A DNA stretch of 64,000 nucleotides. It comes from a virus. A program made the position numbers and the translations under genes. This document shows positions 14,138-23,803 of this stretch, one piece after another. The notes beneath the pieces were generated by a model. The model saw only the letters and a program-made list of their open reading frames with translations, ran no database searches and was not told the origin of the DNA. How positions within the stretch are numbered: position 1 is the stretch's first letter; the number at the start of each line of letters is the position of its first letter. The DNA lies in the IMG/VR virus record IMGVR_UViG_3300032236_001082, positions 48,159 to 112,158 of that record, one strand, 5' to 3'.

Positions 14138-16761
14138 TTGCCGAACCTCCTTCTAAGTGACGCTATTTGTCCTACAACAAGCGTAGTCACTAAGATTTTT
14201 TTAGCTTTCTTTCTTGTTACAGGCGACATATCGTTTCCAATATTTGCCATCGCAACAAATGCTTGATTTACTGCTTCTATGCCAGGAACTGCAGCAAGTG
14301 CACCAGTTACTGGGGTTAAAACAACAGGGACAGCAATGTCTGGAGCATTAAAGCTAGTACCGCCTGGTTGTCCGATAAATGTATCAGCAGTTGTGATTGC
14401 ATCTGCAGGTATTGGTAAACCAGATCCTGGAGGTGGGGGTGGAGGCGTAAGCTTTCCATCTTCTCCAACAACTTGAGGTGCACTCTTAGTACCAAAAAAT
14501 TCAATACCACCATTTTCTACTCCTTTTACATCTTGTTGTATGTGTGGCACTAAAGCTTCTTTTGGGGCTTCCTTAACTACTGTATCTGAAAGTTGATCTG
14601 GGCTATTTGGCTTTACTCCAATAGCGTCTTGCTTTGCTTTATCATCCGCCGCTTTTTGTGCATCAGCTTTAGCCTGTGCATCTTTTTGTGCTTGAATAGC
14701 AGCATCTGCTTGTGCCTTGGCATCTTTAGCTGCTTGATCCTTAGCTGCTTGATCCGCTGCAATTTTGTCTGCTTGGGCTTTTGCAGCATCTGCTGCAGCT
14801 TTAGCATTTGCTTCTTCTTGAGCTTTTTGAGCAGCCTCATCAGCTGCTTTTTGTGCAGCTATTGCAACATCTTGTTCTGCTTTTGCTTTTGCGTCCGCTT
14901 CAGCTTTTGCAGCATCTGCTGCTGCTTGTGCGTCTTTTGCTGCCTGAATTTTTGCATCTTCTGCAGCTTTATCTGCTGCTGCTTGAGCTTCTTTAGCTGC
15001 TTGTTCGGCAGCAATACGTGCATCTTCTGCAGCTTTAGCTTCTGCTGCAGCTTTCTCTTGTGCAGCTTTTGCATCTGCAATTGCTTGCTCAGCAGCTATT
15101 CTTGCAGCATCTGCTTTTGCTGCATTTTCTGCAGCAATTCTTGCTCTTTCTTCTGCAGCTGCCTTTTCTTGTGCAGCTTGTGTTGCTGCTTGTTCGGCAG
15201 CAATACGTGCATCTTCTGCAGCAATTCTTTGTTGCTCTGCATAATAATCCGTTGTCACTTGAGCAGCATTTGTCATTGCAGTTACTGCTTCATTTACTTG
15301 TGTTGTTGCATTATTTGCTAAAGAGTCAGCAGTTTGCAATGCAATGGTTAGGTTTTGGTTTGCAGTTGTAAGGTTTTGCTGTTCTGTTGTGAGGTTTTGT
15401 TGAGCAATGGTTAGGTTTTGTTGAGCAGTATCATATGCTGCTTGAGCTGTATCAATAACAGACTGTTGTGCATCTACAGCATGGATAGCATCTTGCCAAG
15501 CTTGATAAGCAGCATTTCTTATTGCTAGCTGTGTGTCGTAGGCTGACTGAGTAGATATTACATTGGCTTTTGCTGAATCTGCTGCTGCAAGCTTAACTGG
15601 ATCAACCGTTGTTGTATTTGTGCCAAACGCTGATGCACCAGGAGTTGTAAAATAACCAGTACCATCTGCTCTAAATATCATCCACCCAAGTGTACAGCTA
15701 GCACCCCCGCCATTTTCATAATACCAAATTACAAAGTCTTGACTCTTATCAGTTGTAGTGTTATAAATTGGTGAATATGGACTCCAGGTTGTACCTTGAT
15801 CACGCCAGTTGTTAATTGCTAATACGCCATCAACATACATTTTTGACCCGTCATCTGATGAGACTGCGTATTTAACAGCAACTGCTTCATTGGGTACCGT
15901 AATGGTTCCTTCATATTTTACAATAACGTGATCAGACAATCCAGAATTAAGTATTTGACCACTCCCCCAGTTTGCAGCAATATTAGGTAAAGTTATTACC
16001 TCTACTGGGGTCTGGTTAGCAATCACAGGAGCAGCCCCGTTAGTGGCACGATAAACAGTTGCCGTTACACCATTAGTGGTAACAGTTATAGTTCCATTAT
16101 TTTGTAAATCAGTTACTGCATTTGTTAAATTAGTTTGTGCTATTTGAACATTGCTCGTAGCAGTTCCAAGATTAGAATTTTCTGTATAAAAACCAGACTC
16201 TGCTGTTCTTTGAGTATCTTTAAGATCAGGCAATTTTGCAACCTCAGATGTTAAAGTAGTTTGAGCATTATCAACAGTAACGGTTGCCGTGTCTACAATT
16301 GATTGCGCTATTACTACTGTTGCTGTTTGTGTCTCTACATTTGTTTGAGCAGCTATTACAACTTGCACAGCATTTTGTGCTGCAGATATAGTAGCTGTTG
16401 CTGATTCAATTTTAGGAGTAACCGCAGCCACTGCTGTAGCCATTGGTTCCTGAGTCACTGCAATAGATATAGCGGTAGATGTATCCGTATTGGGTACATT
16501 TGCCTGAATAGTGTTTATTATGGCTTGAGATTGCTCCTGGGAAGCAGTTTGAAGTGCCACCTGGGCTGTTTCTATCTTAGCTTGAACTGTTGACACTGTG
16601 ACTGTGGCAGTGTCTATAATATTTGTTGGGAGATCTGTTATAGGCTGGGATGTAGTAATAGGAGCAACCACCTCATCAGCATGAGCTCTATTTGAAGGGA
16701 AAAGAAATAGCAACCCTGTAGTAAACAAGGTTGCTATTATAAATTTAATCTTTCTGGTCAA
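14134..16761 (-). CDS. large exported protein: PA14 domain, Ala/Lys/Gln-rich coiled-coil stalk, Pro linker, C-terminal hydrophobic/basic tail
   Basis: Signal peptide (RAHA-D); SSDDGSKMYVDG...WYYENGGGA (PA14); AAE/AKA repeats; PPPPPPG; KILVTTLVVGQIASLRRRFGK. Confidence 0.8.
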   Translation of the reverse strand: MTRKIKFIIATLFTTGLLFLFPSNRAHADEVVAPITTSQPITDLPTNIIDTATVTVSTVQAKIETAQVALQTASQEQSQAIINTIQANVPNTDTSTAISIAVTQEPMATAVAAVTPKIESATATISAAQNAVQVVIAAQTNVETQTATVVIAQSIVDTATVTVDNAQTTLTSEVAKLPDLKDTQRTAESGFYTENSNLGTATSNVQIAQTNLTNAVTDLQNNGTITVTTNGVTATVYRATNGAAPVIANQTPVEVITLPNIAANWGSGQILNSGLSDHVIVKYEGTITVPNEAVAVKYAVSSDDGSKMYVDGVLAINNWRDQGTTWSPYSPIYNTTTDKSQDFVIWYYENGGGASCTLGWMIFRADGTGYFTTPGASAFGTNTTTVDPVKLAAADSAKANVISTQSAYDTQLAIRNAAYQAWQDAIHAVDAQQSVIDTAQAAYDTAQQNLTIAQQNLTTEQQNLTTANQNLTIALQTADSLANNATTQVNEAVTAMTNAAQVTTDYYAEQQRIAAEDARIAAEQAATQAAQEKAAAEERARIAAENAAKADAARIAAEQAIADAKAAQEKAAAEAKAAEDARIAAEQAAKEAQAAADKAAEDAKIQAAKDAQAAADAAKAEADAKAKAEQDVAIAAQKAADEAAQKAQEEANAKAAADAAKAQADKIAADQAAKDQAAKDAKAQADAAIQAQKDAQAKADAQKAADDKAKQDAIGVKPNSPDQLSDTVVKEAPKEALVPHIQQDVKGVENGGIEFFGTKSAPQVVGEDGKLTPPPPPPGSGLPIPADAITTADTFIGQPGGTSFNAPDIAVPVVLTPVTGALAAVPGIEAVNQAFVAMANIGNDMSPVTRKKAKKILVTTLVVGQIASLRRRFGK

Positions 16762-16796
16762 TATTTGACCTCCATGTAGAAAGCGTCTACATGCTT

Positions 16797-16805
16797 ATTA
16801 TACCA
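16797..16805 (-). promoter_or_regulatory. extended -10 promoter
   Basis: TGGTATAAT followed by inverted repeat CATGTAGA/TCTACATG and GGAGG. Confidence 0.65.
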
Positions 16806-16819
16806 GAATGACTACTTAA

Positions 16820-17338
16820 TTAGTTATCTGAAGTGTCTGCTGTATCTTTTGCTGTTACATACTTGTTATATGCTACAGGCCAATTTAATATAGCTTTTTG
16901 TGCATCAACTAACTTTAATGTTCCCGCACAAACTAAACGCTTTAATGCAGACTCTACAACATCTTTTTTACGTGCATTATTAGATGCATATGGCTCTGGC
17001 CAAAGATTTTTAGGATCTGTTGGATTACCGCCTAGTTGAAGAGAAATTAAATGATCTTCTTCATATGCTGAAGATGCTGTACCGAATTGTGCTTGAAGAT
17101 ACTTATAGTCTCCCGCCATTTGAGTTGCTTTTAATTTGTTAGTGTATGCTACTGTTGGTCTAATTGTTGATGTCCAATTTGCTTTACAAACATTATCTTT
17201 AATATTTGCTTGTGTTACTGCTGGGTTTAAAGCACCAGGAGTAAATTTAGCATTTGGTAAAACCCAATCTGGACCTGCTGCAACTGCAGTGCTACTAAAA
17301 GCAAAAGCTACAACTGAAGCTATAATTATTTTTTTCAT
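16820..17338 (-). CDS. secreted HNH-type (His-Me finger) nuclease-like protein
   Basis: Signal peptide from ATG 17338; TPGA, YEEDHLISLQLGG, NLWPEP, KDVVE..L..LVC. Confidence 0.7.
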   Translation of the reverse strand: MKKIIIASVVAFAFSSTAVAAGPDWVLPNAKFTPGALNPAVTQANIKDNVCKANWTSTIRPTVAYTNKLKATQMAGDYKYLQAQFGTASSAYEEDHLISLQLGGNPTDPKNLWPEPYASNNARKKDVVESALKRLVCAGTLKLVDAQKAILNWPVAYNKYVTAKDTADTSDN

Positions 17339-17883
17339 GCTGTGTACGCAGGTCTTCCAAATCCAACAACTACTGCCCACTTACCCTTTTTGTTACCTAC
17401 TTTGTAACCACGAATGTTTGAAGCAACTTCTCCGCCATTTGCTGCTGATCCAGCTGGCTTTGAATCTGGGCTAGTGTTTCCTTCTACAGTTGTAATTGTG
17501 CCGTCTCCGTTATTCTTAAGAACAACTCCAACATGCTGAACTTGATCTGTAGGCTTTGCTTCTGCTGCAAAGTGAAAGAAAATAAGATCTCCTGGCTTTG
17601 GATCTGCTTTAGCAGCATCTGTCCATGTACCAGCCTTCTTAAATGCGTCTGCTCCTGCTGGTGTATATACTACATTTGGGATAGTTACCCCTGCCTGCTT
17701 AGCACACCACATCATGAAGCTACCGCACCATGCTTGAAAATCATGTCCTGTAAATTTACCGTAATCGGTCTCGTTGTCTTTTGGACCTTCAATAACTCCA
17801 ACTTGAGACATTGCTACCTCAAGGAATCTTGCTGCTGATCCTGGCTTATTAGCCCCTACTGCTGGTACTGGTTTTGCTGTCAT
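17335..17883 (-). CDS. CHAP-domain peptidoglycan hydrolase (endolysin)
   Basis: AWCGSF, PKPGDLIFF, HVGVV, TVEGNTS, GFGRP. Confidence 0.88.
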   Translation of the reverse strand: MTAKPVPAVGANKPGSAARFLEVAMSQVGVIEGPKDNETDYGKFTGHDFQAWCGSFMMWCAKQAGVTIPNVVYTPAGADAFKKAGTWTDAAKADPKPGDLIFFHFAAEAKPTDQVQHVGVVLKNNGDGTITTVEGNTSPDSKPAGSAANGGEVASNIRGYKVGNKKGKWAVVVGFGRPAYTA

Positions 17884-17942
17884 TTGTTTCTCCTTTTCAT
17901 AAAACCTTATACTCTATTATACACTTAAAATCTTCAAAAACA

Positions 17943-18635
17943 TTACAATGTGCCCATAATATTTGGATCAGTAATGATTTCTTCTGTTAAGAATATCTCC
18001 CCGTCCTCTTCTTGAATGGATGGCTCATTAATATCTATGTCTTTTTTAGGGCTTAAAAAGCATATAAAATTCTTTCTTTCACCAGAAGTGACCTGTAATA
18101 CTTGATGAGGCAAAGTGTGGTCACCCTCAAATATAATTAAACTATTTTTTTTAGGTTTATATTTAATTTGCTGACGTGGAAAATTAAGTTCTCCGCCTTC
18201 GTAGTTATCCGTAAAGTATAATAAAGCTGATCTACAAACCCTATCGTACTTTTTAGCTTTTAATTCATTTTTTTGAGATATATAATGATTGTCCATGTGT
18301 AAATCGCCAACGCCATCTTTATACATGGCTGCATACATGGCATGTTTTATTCCAAATGGTTCATTATATATATCTGACACTACCTCGGATATTGAAGTGC
18401 ATATGCTGGTAAATAAATCTAAACCCATATTATATTCGGGGTTGTCTCCATATTCTTCAAAAGAATTTGTAGAGTTTATATAACGTTGAGAGGGTCCGTA
18501 TTTTATATTTGGATAGCGATCAAATTCTTTCAAATTGCTATCGAAGCATTTGGAAAGAAAATCAGACGTGGCATCTGATATAAAATCTTCTACAACGTAA
18601 AGTTTATTAAATTCTGTTTTTATTTCTTTTTTCAT
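17943..18635 (-). CDS. 2OG-Fe(II) oxygenase (P4Hc-like)
   Basis: HMD, LYFTDNYEGGELNF, HQV..VTSGERK. Confidence 0.88.
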   Translation of the reverse strand: MKKEIKTEFNKLYVVEDFISDATSDFLSKCFDSNLKEFDRYPNIKYGPSQRYINSTNSFEEYGDNPEYNMGLDLFTSICTSISEVVSDIYNEPFGIKHAMYAAMYKDGVGDLHMDNHYISQKNELKAKKYDRVCRSALLYFTDNYEGGELNFPRQQIKYKPKKNSLIIFEGDHTLPHQVLQVTSGERKNFICFLSPKKDIDINEPSIQEEDGEIFLTEEIITDPNIMGTL

Positions 18636-18913
18636 TATTTTTTCTTATTCTTTATATGAAAAACATCAAGATGCAACCTATTCTTGATTGATTTTGCTTC
18701 AGTTATCCACTTTTTAATATTAAACAAGTAGACTGATATATAGATTGTGGATCCAAAGATAAATCCCCATTGCTTAGTTTGAATGCTATATGCTACCCAT
18801 GCACATTCTGTACAGATACCAACTGCATAGCCCCGCCAGTTTTTACGTCCAGTAAGGTATATACCTACAACACCAATTGCTGACAAAGCCCAAGACCATA
18901 TTTGTGTATTCAT
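18635..18913 (-). CDS. 3-TM PnuC-like membrane protein
   Basis: WSWALSAIGVVGIYL.GRK.W.G...W..Y...Q.GF pattern. Confidence 0.55.
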   Translation of the reverse strand: MNTQIWSWALSAIGVVGIYLTGRKNWRGYAVGICTECAWVAYSIQTKQWGFIFGSTIYISVYLFNIKKWITEAKSIKNRLHLDVFHIKNKKK

Positions 18914-18922
18914 TCTACTCCT

Positions 18923-18931
18923 ATTATACCA
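18923..18931 (-). promoter_or_regulatory. extended -10 promoter
   Basis: TGGTATAAT directly after the terminator. Confidence 0.65.
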
Positions 18932-18958
18932 AAAGGGCGGGACAGTTAAGTCCCGCCC
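18931..18958 (-). terminator. intrinsic terminator
   Basis: GGGCGGGAC-TTAACT-GTCCCGCCC-TTTT. Confidence 0.85.
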
Positions 18959-18973
18959 CCAAGGTTGTTTTGT

Positions 18974-20041
18974 TTACTTCTTTAGTGCAACCTTAGCCTT
19001 TGGATTGGCCTTGTTCCACTTAGTAGCAAGAGCGTTGTACTCTGCCTTGTATGCTGCTGCAGCGGTTGCTGCTGCTGCATCTGAAGCTGCCTGCGCTGTT
19101 GCAAGTGCTGTTGCCTTGTCTGCTGCTGCCTTAGCTGTTGCATCTGCAAGAGCCTTGTCTGCTGCTGCCTTGTCTGCTGCACGACCAGCAACTACTGTTG
19201 CAAGCTGTGAGTTGAGTGAAGCAATCTGTGCGTTAAGCGATGCAATTGCTGCATTAAGATCTGATACAGCAAATGTTGCTGCTACTGACTTAACTGCTGC
19301 TGGAAGACCAGTTGCTGAGTTAGCAATTGATGCATCTGTTGCAACTACGGTAATGTTACCAGCCACTGCTGTAGCAAGTGTTGCTGACTTTGCACCCAAT
19401 ACGAGTGTTGAATCTGCTGTGACATCTGCTGCTGTTGCTGTTACAAGTGACTTTGTAAGTGAAAGATCAGCAAATGTTGAACCAATTACTGTAACAGAAA
19501 TTGTCTCTCCACCGACTGAGTTGCCAAATACGTCCTTTGCAGAGACTGCAATTGAAGGAGCAGTACCAACTGCTGTTGCTGAAGGTACAGAAATTGCAAT
19601 GTTATTTGCTGCTCCTGCGATACCCTTAATGTAAACAATTGTTGAGTACGCACCATTTGTAATGGTTACTGAACCAGTTGTTGTAGTTGTTGAGTATGCA
19701 TAAACGGTTGCTGCAACACCTGTTGATGTTACTGAAATTGATGATACACCTGAAGCAACTGACTTTGGAGCGTCTGTTGTGTTAAGTGCTGATACAAGCG
19801 ATACACCTGATGCTGTAAATGTTACAACTGTTCCTGTGTCTGCTGTTGCTGCAAGTGCAACTGAGTGACCTGAGTCAATCACGTTTGAAGATGGCACTGC
19901 TACTGTTGTAGGAGCTGTTGCCGTTGTAGCGTTTGCAGAACCCGCAACTGTGATTGCGAGAGGTGCTGCCTGCGCTGATGTAGCCACAATAGATGATACA
20001 GCGATAATTGCTGCACCAAGGATTGATAGTTTCTTGTTCAT
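18974..20041 (-). CDS. secreted Ala/Thr-rich Ig-like surface (S-layer-like) protein
   Basis: Signal peptide (AQA), DVFGN Ig-like motif, AADKA coiled coil, basic C-terminus KWNKANPKAKVALKK. Confidence 0.7.
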   Translation of the reverse strand: MNKKLSILGAAIIAVSSIVATSAQAAPLAITVAGSANATTATAPTTVAVPSSNVIDSGHSVALAATADTGTVVTFTASGVSLVSALNTTDAPKSVASGVSSISVTSTGVAATVYAYSTTTTTGSVTITNGAYSTIVYIKGIAGAANNIAISVPSATAVGTAPSIAVSAKDVFGNSVGGETISVTVIGSTFADLSLTKSLVTATAADVTADSTLVLGAKSATLATAVAGNITVVATDASIANSATGLPAAVKSVAATFAVSDLNAAIASLNAQIASLNSQLATVVAGRAADKAAADKALADATAKAAADKATALATAQAASDAAAATAAAAYKAEYNALATKWNKANPKAKVALKK

Positions 20042-20060
20042 TGTATTCCTTTTCTGTTGG

Positions 20061-20306
20061 TTATTTTCCTAGGTTTTTACCCAATAGCTTAGGTAAATCT
20101 AACATGCCCTGCTTTAGGGCTGCCAACTCATTCTTGAGCTTGGCATTTTCTTTGCGAAGATCATTCGCAATAGACTCTATTCTATCACATTGTATTTGTT
20201 TTGTCTCTATAGCCTCAATATACCAGCTTAATTTTTGCTGAGAATCGTGATATAAAGCTTCATAATCAATCTTATCTTTATTACTCTTGAGTAACTTAAT
20301 TTTCAT
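20061..20306 (-). CDS. coiled-coil hypothetical protein
   Basis: ORF track. Confidence 0.6.
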   Translation of the reverse strand: MKIKLLKSNKDKIDYEALYHDSQQKLSWYIEAIETKQIQCDRIESIANDLRKENAKLKNELAALKQGMLDLPKLLGKNLGK

Positions 20307-20311
20307 AACCC

Positions 20312-22156
20312 CTACAATATTGTAAAATTGTCTACGAAGCCAGTTTCTGAATCAGGCTCTTCGTCTTCTATACCAAGATAATCTTTTAGACTGGCTGGCA
20401 TATACTTAATATTAGGAGCTTTAATGGTGTTATCCTGCTTTGTTTCTGATGGGCTCCCGACCAAATCTTCATCAAATGCGTCATAGGAGTAGACTTGAAG
20501 TTCTCCATCTCCCTTTGGTGTTAATGATATCGCATTAAAAATTGCACCGCAAGTTGCATCCGCAAGGTCTTTTGAACCTTTGCGGGGGTGATCAACCTTA
20601 TCTTTTTTAACAATTCTTAGCTCAAGCAACTCATCAATAATTAAAGGTAACCTTGGGCCCGTCAATCTTTCTTCCATTACGCAAAGTAGCATATCTTCGT
20701 AATGCTTTTTGGCTACAGATAGAACTTCGCAATTCATTCCATATGACTTTAATTGTTCCATCATATCAAATGAATTCCAACGGTCAAATGTAACCCTACG
20801 TATATTAAAGCCTCTTTGTTTTAAACTAATTATGTAATTCTTTACATCTGTAAAATCTACTGACTTTTCTTTTGTAGGAGTCCAATATCTAATTGCATCA
20901 ACCACAACATATGGCTGAGCATCGGTATACGCACCAGATAACTTCATCGTTACCCATTTATCTACGTGTGCCATAGATACAGCACAGTGGTCATGCTTTT
21001 GAGCTAAGTCAACGTGTATATAATATGATTTTTCTGGATCTGGTTGAAACCATTCCTTGAAAGCATTGTTTTCATCAAGAGCTATATTTAAATTACTAAA
21101 TGCAGTCTCAACCTTTTCACGGGAATGGAACAGAGCGTCAATAGCTTCAGGAGGCATACATGCAAAACGAGATAGGGCATCTATGGGATCTGAATAAAAG
21201 TTCATGGCTAAATCTTCAATTTTAATTGTGGGATTGATTTCCCATGTAGGACGCTTTAATGCAAACACTCTAGGTACATTATAGTTAATAATGTGGTCTT
21301 CTTCCCACTCAATTGAAAATTCATTACCTTCCGTCCCGTCTGGCAAATCTTCGTCAACCTTAAATGTGTGTGTGCGAATAACTACTTCTTTATCAGCAAC
21401 TACTTCATTATATCTTTGCTGAATGTAATCGTTCTTAAATCGTGGAAAAGAAAGCAAAATAACTTTGCCGAACTGTGGGAATCGTGAATCTACAGAACCT
21501 CTAAACATCTTATAAATAGCAGCAGCAGTTTTTGCTTGCTCGTTACCACTTGTAGAGTCTAGATCAAAACCAGAAATTTCATCAAGCACTGCAAACAGAA
21601 GGTTATAACCTTCCCAAGATTCTCTTTGTGAGTGACCAGAGTGAACTGTGATCGCCTTATCAAAAGCAATGCTACCCATCTTTGCTTCATACTTACCATC
21701 AAACCAACGACAACGTGTGATTCTATTTTTAAATCCTTTAAAGAAAACTTGTTGAGCCTGAATTGCGTTAACCGCAACGTTGATGATATCAATAGAATCG
21801 CCTGGTGGCTTGCCGTAGTATCTAGCTGGATCCTTGAGGCAAAGCAATAGATAAACTACATATGAACAGGCAATAGTAGAAGTATAGTCTTTTCCTGAGC
21901 CCTTACCCAATTGGAATATAACTTCATTACAGGTTTGACCCCAGCGTTTTGCGCCTTCAATCTCACCGTATAATTTAATTAATGTTTCTTTTTTATAAAT
22001 TTGAGTTGAGGCTTTAATCATTTGATATTGATATTCTGACAAAGGAGGCAAAGCAAGATAATCTTTTGAAGTAACAAACTCCTCAATCTCTACTGGAGTT
22101 TCTTCAAAAGCATCTTCTTCCAATGCCCCCAAAAAATCGTCAAAATCTAAATTCAA
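20312..22156 (-). CDS. terL: terminase large subunit
   Basis: GKGSGKD Walker A, AVLDE Walker B, HVDLA, TFDRW, DHP..GSKDLADA nuclease motifs. Confidence 0.92.
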   Translation of the reverse strand: MNLDFDDFLGALEEDAFEETPVEIEEFVTSKDYLALPPLSEYQYQMIKASTQIYKKETLIKLYGEIEGAKRWGQTCNEVIFQLGKGSGKDYTSTIACSYVVYLLLCLKDPARYYGKPPGDSIDIINVAVNAIQAQQVFFKGFKNRITRCRWFDGKYEAKMGSIAFDKAITVHSGHSQRESWEGYNLLFAVLDEISGFDLDSTSGNEQAKTAAAIYKMFRGSVDSRFPQFGKVILLSFPRFKNDYIQQRYNEVVADKEVVIRTHTFKVDEDLPDGTEGNEFSIEWEEDHIINYNVPRVFALKRPTWEINPTIKIEDLAMNFYSDPIDALSRFACMPPEAIDALFHSREKVETAFSNLNIALDENNAFKEWFQPDPEKSYYIHVDLAQKHDHCAVSMAHVDKWVTMKLSGAYTDAQPYVVVDAIRYWTPTKEKSVDFTDVKNYIISLKQRGFNIRRVTFDRWNSFDMMEQLKSYGMNCEVLSVAKKHYEDMLLCVMEERLTGPRLPLIIDELLELRIVKKDKVDHPRKGSKDLADATCGAIFNAISLTPKGDGELQVYSYDAFDEDLVGSPSETKQDNTIKAPNIKYMPASLKDYLGIEDEEPDSETGFVDNFTIL

Positions 22157-22158
22157 GA

Positions 22159-22668
22159 TTAATCCTTTTTGTGACTATATACGACAAAAGTGATTGTTCT
22201 TCTTTCATCAGTCAGTGTTGTTCTTGTGCCATGTGGCAGATCTGATCTGTGAATTACCATATCTCTTTTGTTTGGATGAACCTCTACGCCCTCTTCTGGG
22301 TAATAAAGGTCTCCGCCTTCAAAATCAGTAAGATAAATTACTCCGCCCCACTCTTTGTTGTAACCAGACGTATCTGGGTTTGCATCATCACGATGTACAT
22401 AGAAATGGTACCCATATGGAACCATCCAGTGAAGGAATAAATCTGCCCAATGACCTGAGCCTTCTAGCAACTTATTAACCTCGTCAATACATTCCTGTAA
22501 AACTGGAGTACCAATTAGATAAATGTTATCTTCTTTTCTAAGGTGAAGGGAGCCTTCTTCTGAATTTTCAGAATCTATTCGTAATCTATCGCATAGGTCT
22601 TCACTTAAAAAATTACGAAAAATATAAGAACCATCTAAAACTTTTTCTGCTTTACTAAAATCAATCAT
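22159..22668 (-). CDS. 2OG-Fe(II) oxygenase (P4Hc-like)
   Basis: HRD, IYLTDFEGGDLYYP, HG...R; start MIDFSK at 22668. Confidence 0.85.
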   Translation of the reverse strand: MIDFSKAEKVLDGSYIFRNFLSEDLCDRLRIDSENSEEGSLHLRKEDNIYLIGTPVLQECIDEVNKLLEGSGHWADLFLHWMVPYGYHFYVHRDDANPDTSGYNKEWGGVIYLTDFEGGDLYYPEEGVEVHPNKRDMVIHRSDLPHGTRTTLTDERRTITFVVYSHKKD

Positions 22669-23269
22669 TAGCTTCCCAATCCCATGTATTTTGATCTCCG
22701 TTTTCTTTAATAAACTCTGCATAGATATCGTCATGATTTTTCCAAATATAAAATGTCATGGCATATCTATCTTCAGATTGTACTCTATTTACAAAATGCC
22801 ATATGTTTGCATCATGTAAAACAAGGTCACCCTTTTTACCTTTATACTTAACTCCAATATCAGGATAAACTAGATCCCCGCCTTCAAAATCATTTAAATA
22901 CAAGACACCAGCATAAAATAATCTACCTTCTGCATTAAAGTCTCTTCCCTTCATGCTATCTTCATGAGGTCCCCAGCATTTGTTATACTGCACGTTGGTG
23001 ATGCACAAATCGCTGTACTTGACTCCTGGCCCTGGCTTCAAAAGATTATTTAATAATTCTTTTTCATCTTCCATAGGCTTGCCTTCTGCCAAGATTTTAA
23101 CAAAAGTATCTACTTTAGGTATAACATAAGAATTGTGTTGGCTAGAACTTTTTGATTTATCCATAGTAATGCCACACTGCTCATCAGAAAAAGCGTTATG
23201 AAAAACATAAACCATGTCATGTATTTTTTCAGCTTTACTAAGATCAACTATATCAATAGCATAATTCAT
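22661..23269 (-). CDS. 2OG-Fe(II) oxygenase (P4Hc-like)
   Basis: HED, LYLNDFEGGDLVYP, HFV..V...RY. Confidence 0.85.
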   Translation of the reverse strand: MNYAIDIVDLSKAEKIHDMVYVFHNAFSDEQCGITMDKSKSSSQHNSYVIPKVDTFVKILAEGKPMEDEKELLNNLLKPGPGVKYSDLCITNVQYNKCWGPHEDSMKGRDFNAEGRLFYAGVLYLNDFEGGDLVYPDIGVKYKGKKGDLVLHDANIWHFVNRVQSEDRYAMTFYIWKNHDDIYAEFIKENGDQNTWDWEAND

Positions 23270-23275
23270 CTTTAC

Positions 23276-23803
23276 CTATTCCTCCATCTTTATTGTTTCT
23301 ACCCTGCCAGTGGCTTGGGATAGTCTTCTTGCAACTTCTTGCTTACAGTTGGGACAAGAAGACGTTACATCTCTAAGTATACCAACTAATATTTCTTGCT
23401 TACGTTCTGTCTCTAAAATTTGATCTGCCATCTCATTTTTTTCAAGAACACCAGCTTTTTGCAACATGTCAATTCTTTTACCTTCAACATCTGCAATTAA
23501 CTTTAAAGATTGAGCTTTTACGTTTAAAGCCTCTTGTTCATCAGCTTGACCTACTGTATTCCAAGCTTCTTTAATAATCATGGAGTAATGCTGATCAGCA
23601 GCACCCAGAGCTTCTCTAGCTCTTTCACGAATACCAGTGTCGCCTTGCATCAACTCACGCCAATTAGATAGCATTTGGTTAACTTGAATTGGTTTTAAAG
23701 AAAAAGATTTTGCAATTTGGTTCACGTTGTTGCCCTTAATAAATTCAGCAACTACCTTATTCATTTGCTCAAAGTGATCAGACAGCTCTACGACATTATC
23801 CAT
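23276..23803 (-). CDS. helical HTH protein, candidate terminase small subunit
   Basis: N-terminal HTH-like segment, helical body, position upstream of terL. Confidence 0.5.
   Translation of the reverse strand: MDNVVELSDHFEQMNKVVAEFIKGNNVNQIAKSFSLKPIQVNQMLSNWRELMQGDTGIRERAREALGAADQHYSMIIKEAWNTVGQADEQEALNVKAQSLKLIADVEGKRIDMLQKAGVLEKNEMADQILETERKQEILVGILRDVTSSCPNCKQEVARRLSQATGRVETIKMEE

Noticed and set aside
14593-15371. Cys-rich and Leu/Gln-rich ORFs on the + strand and in alternative frames
   Set aside because: Shadows of the GCA/GCT-rich Ala repeat region of 14134..16761
19005-19634. 209-aa + strand ORF, and similar antisense ORFs within dnaE and the tape measure gene
   Set aside because: Antisense shadows caused by codon bias; the window is uniformly minus-strand coded
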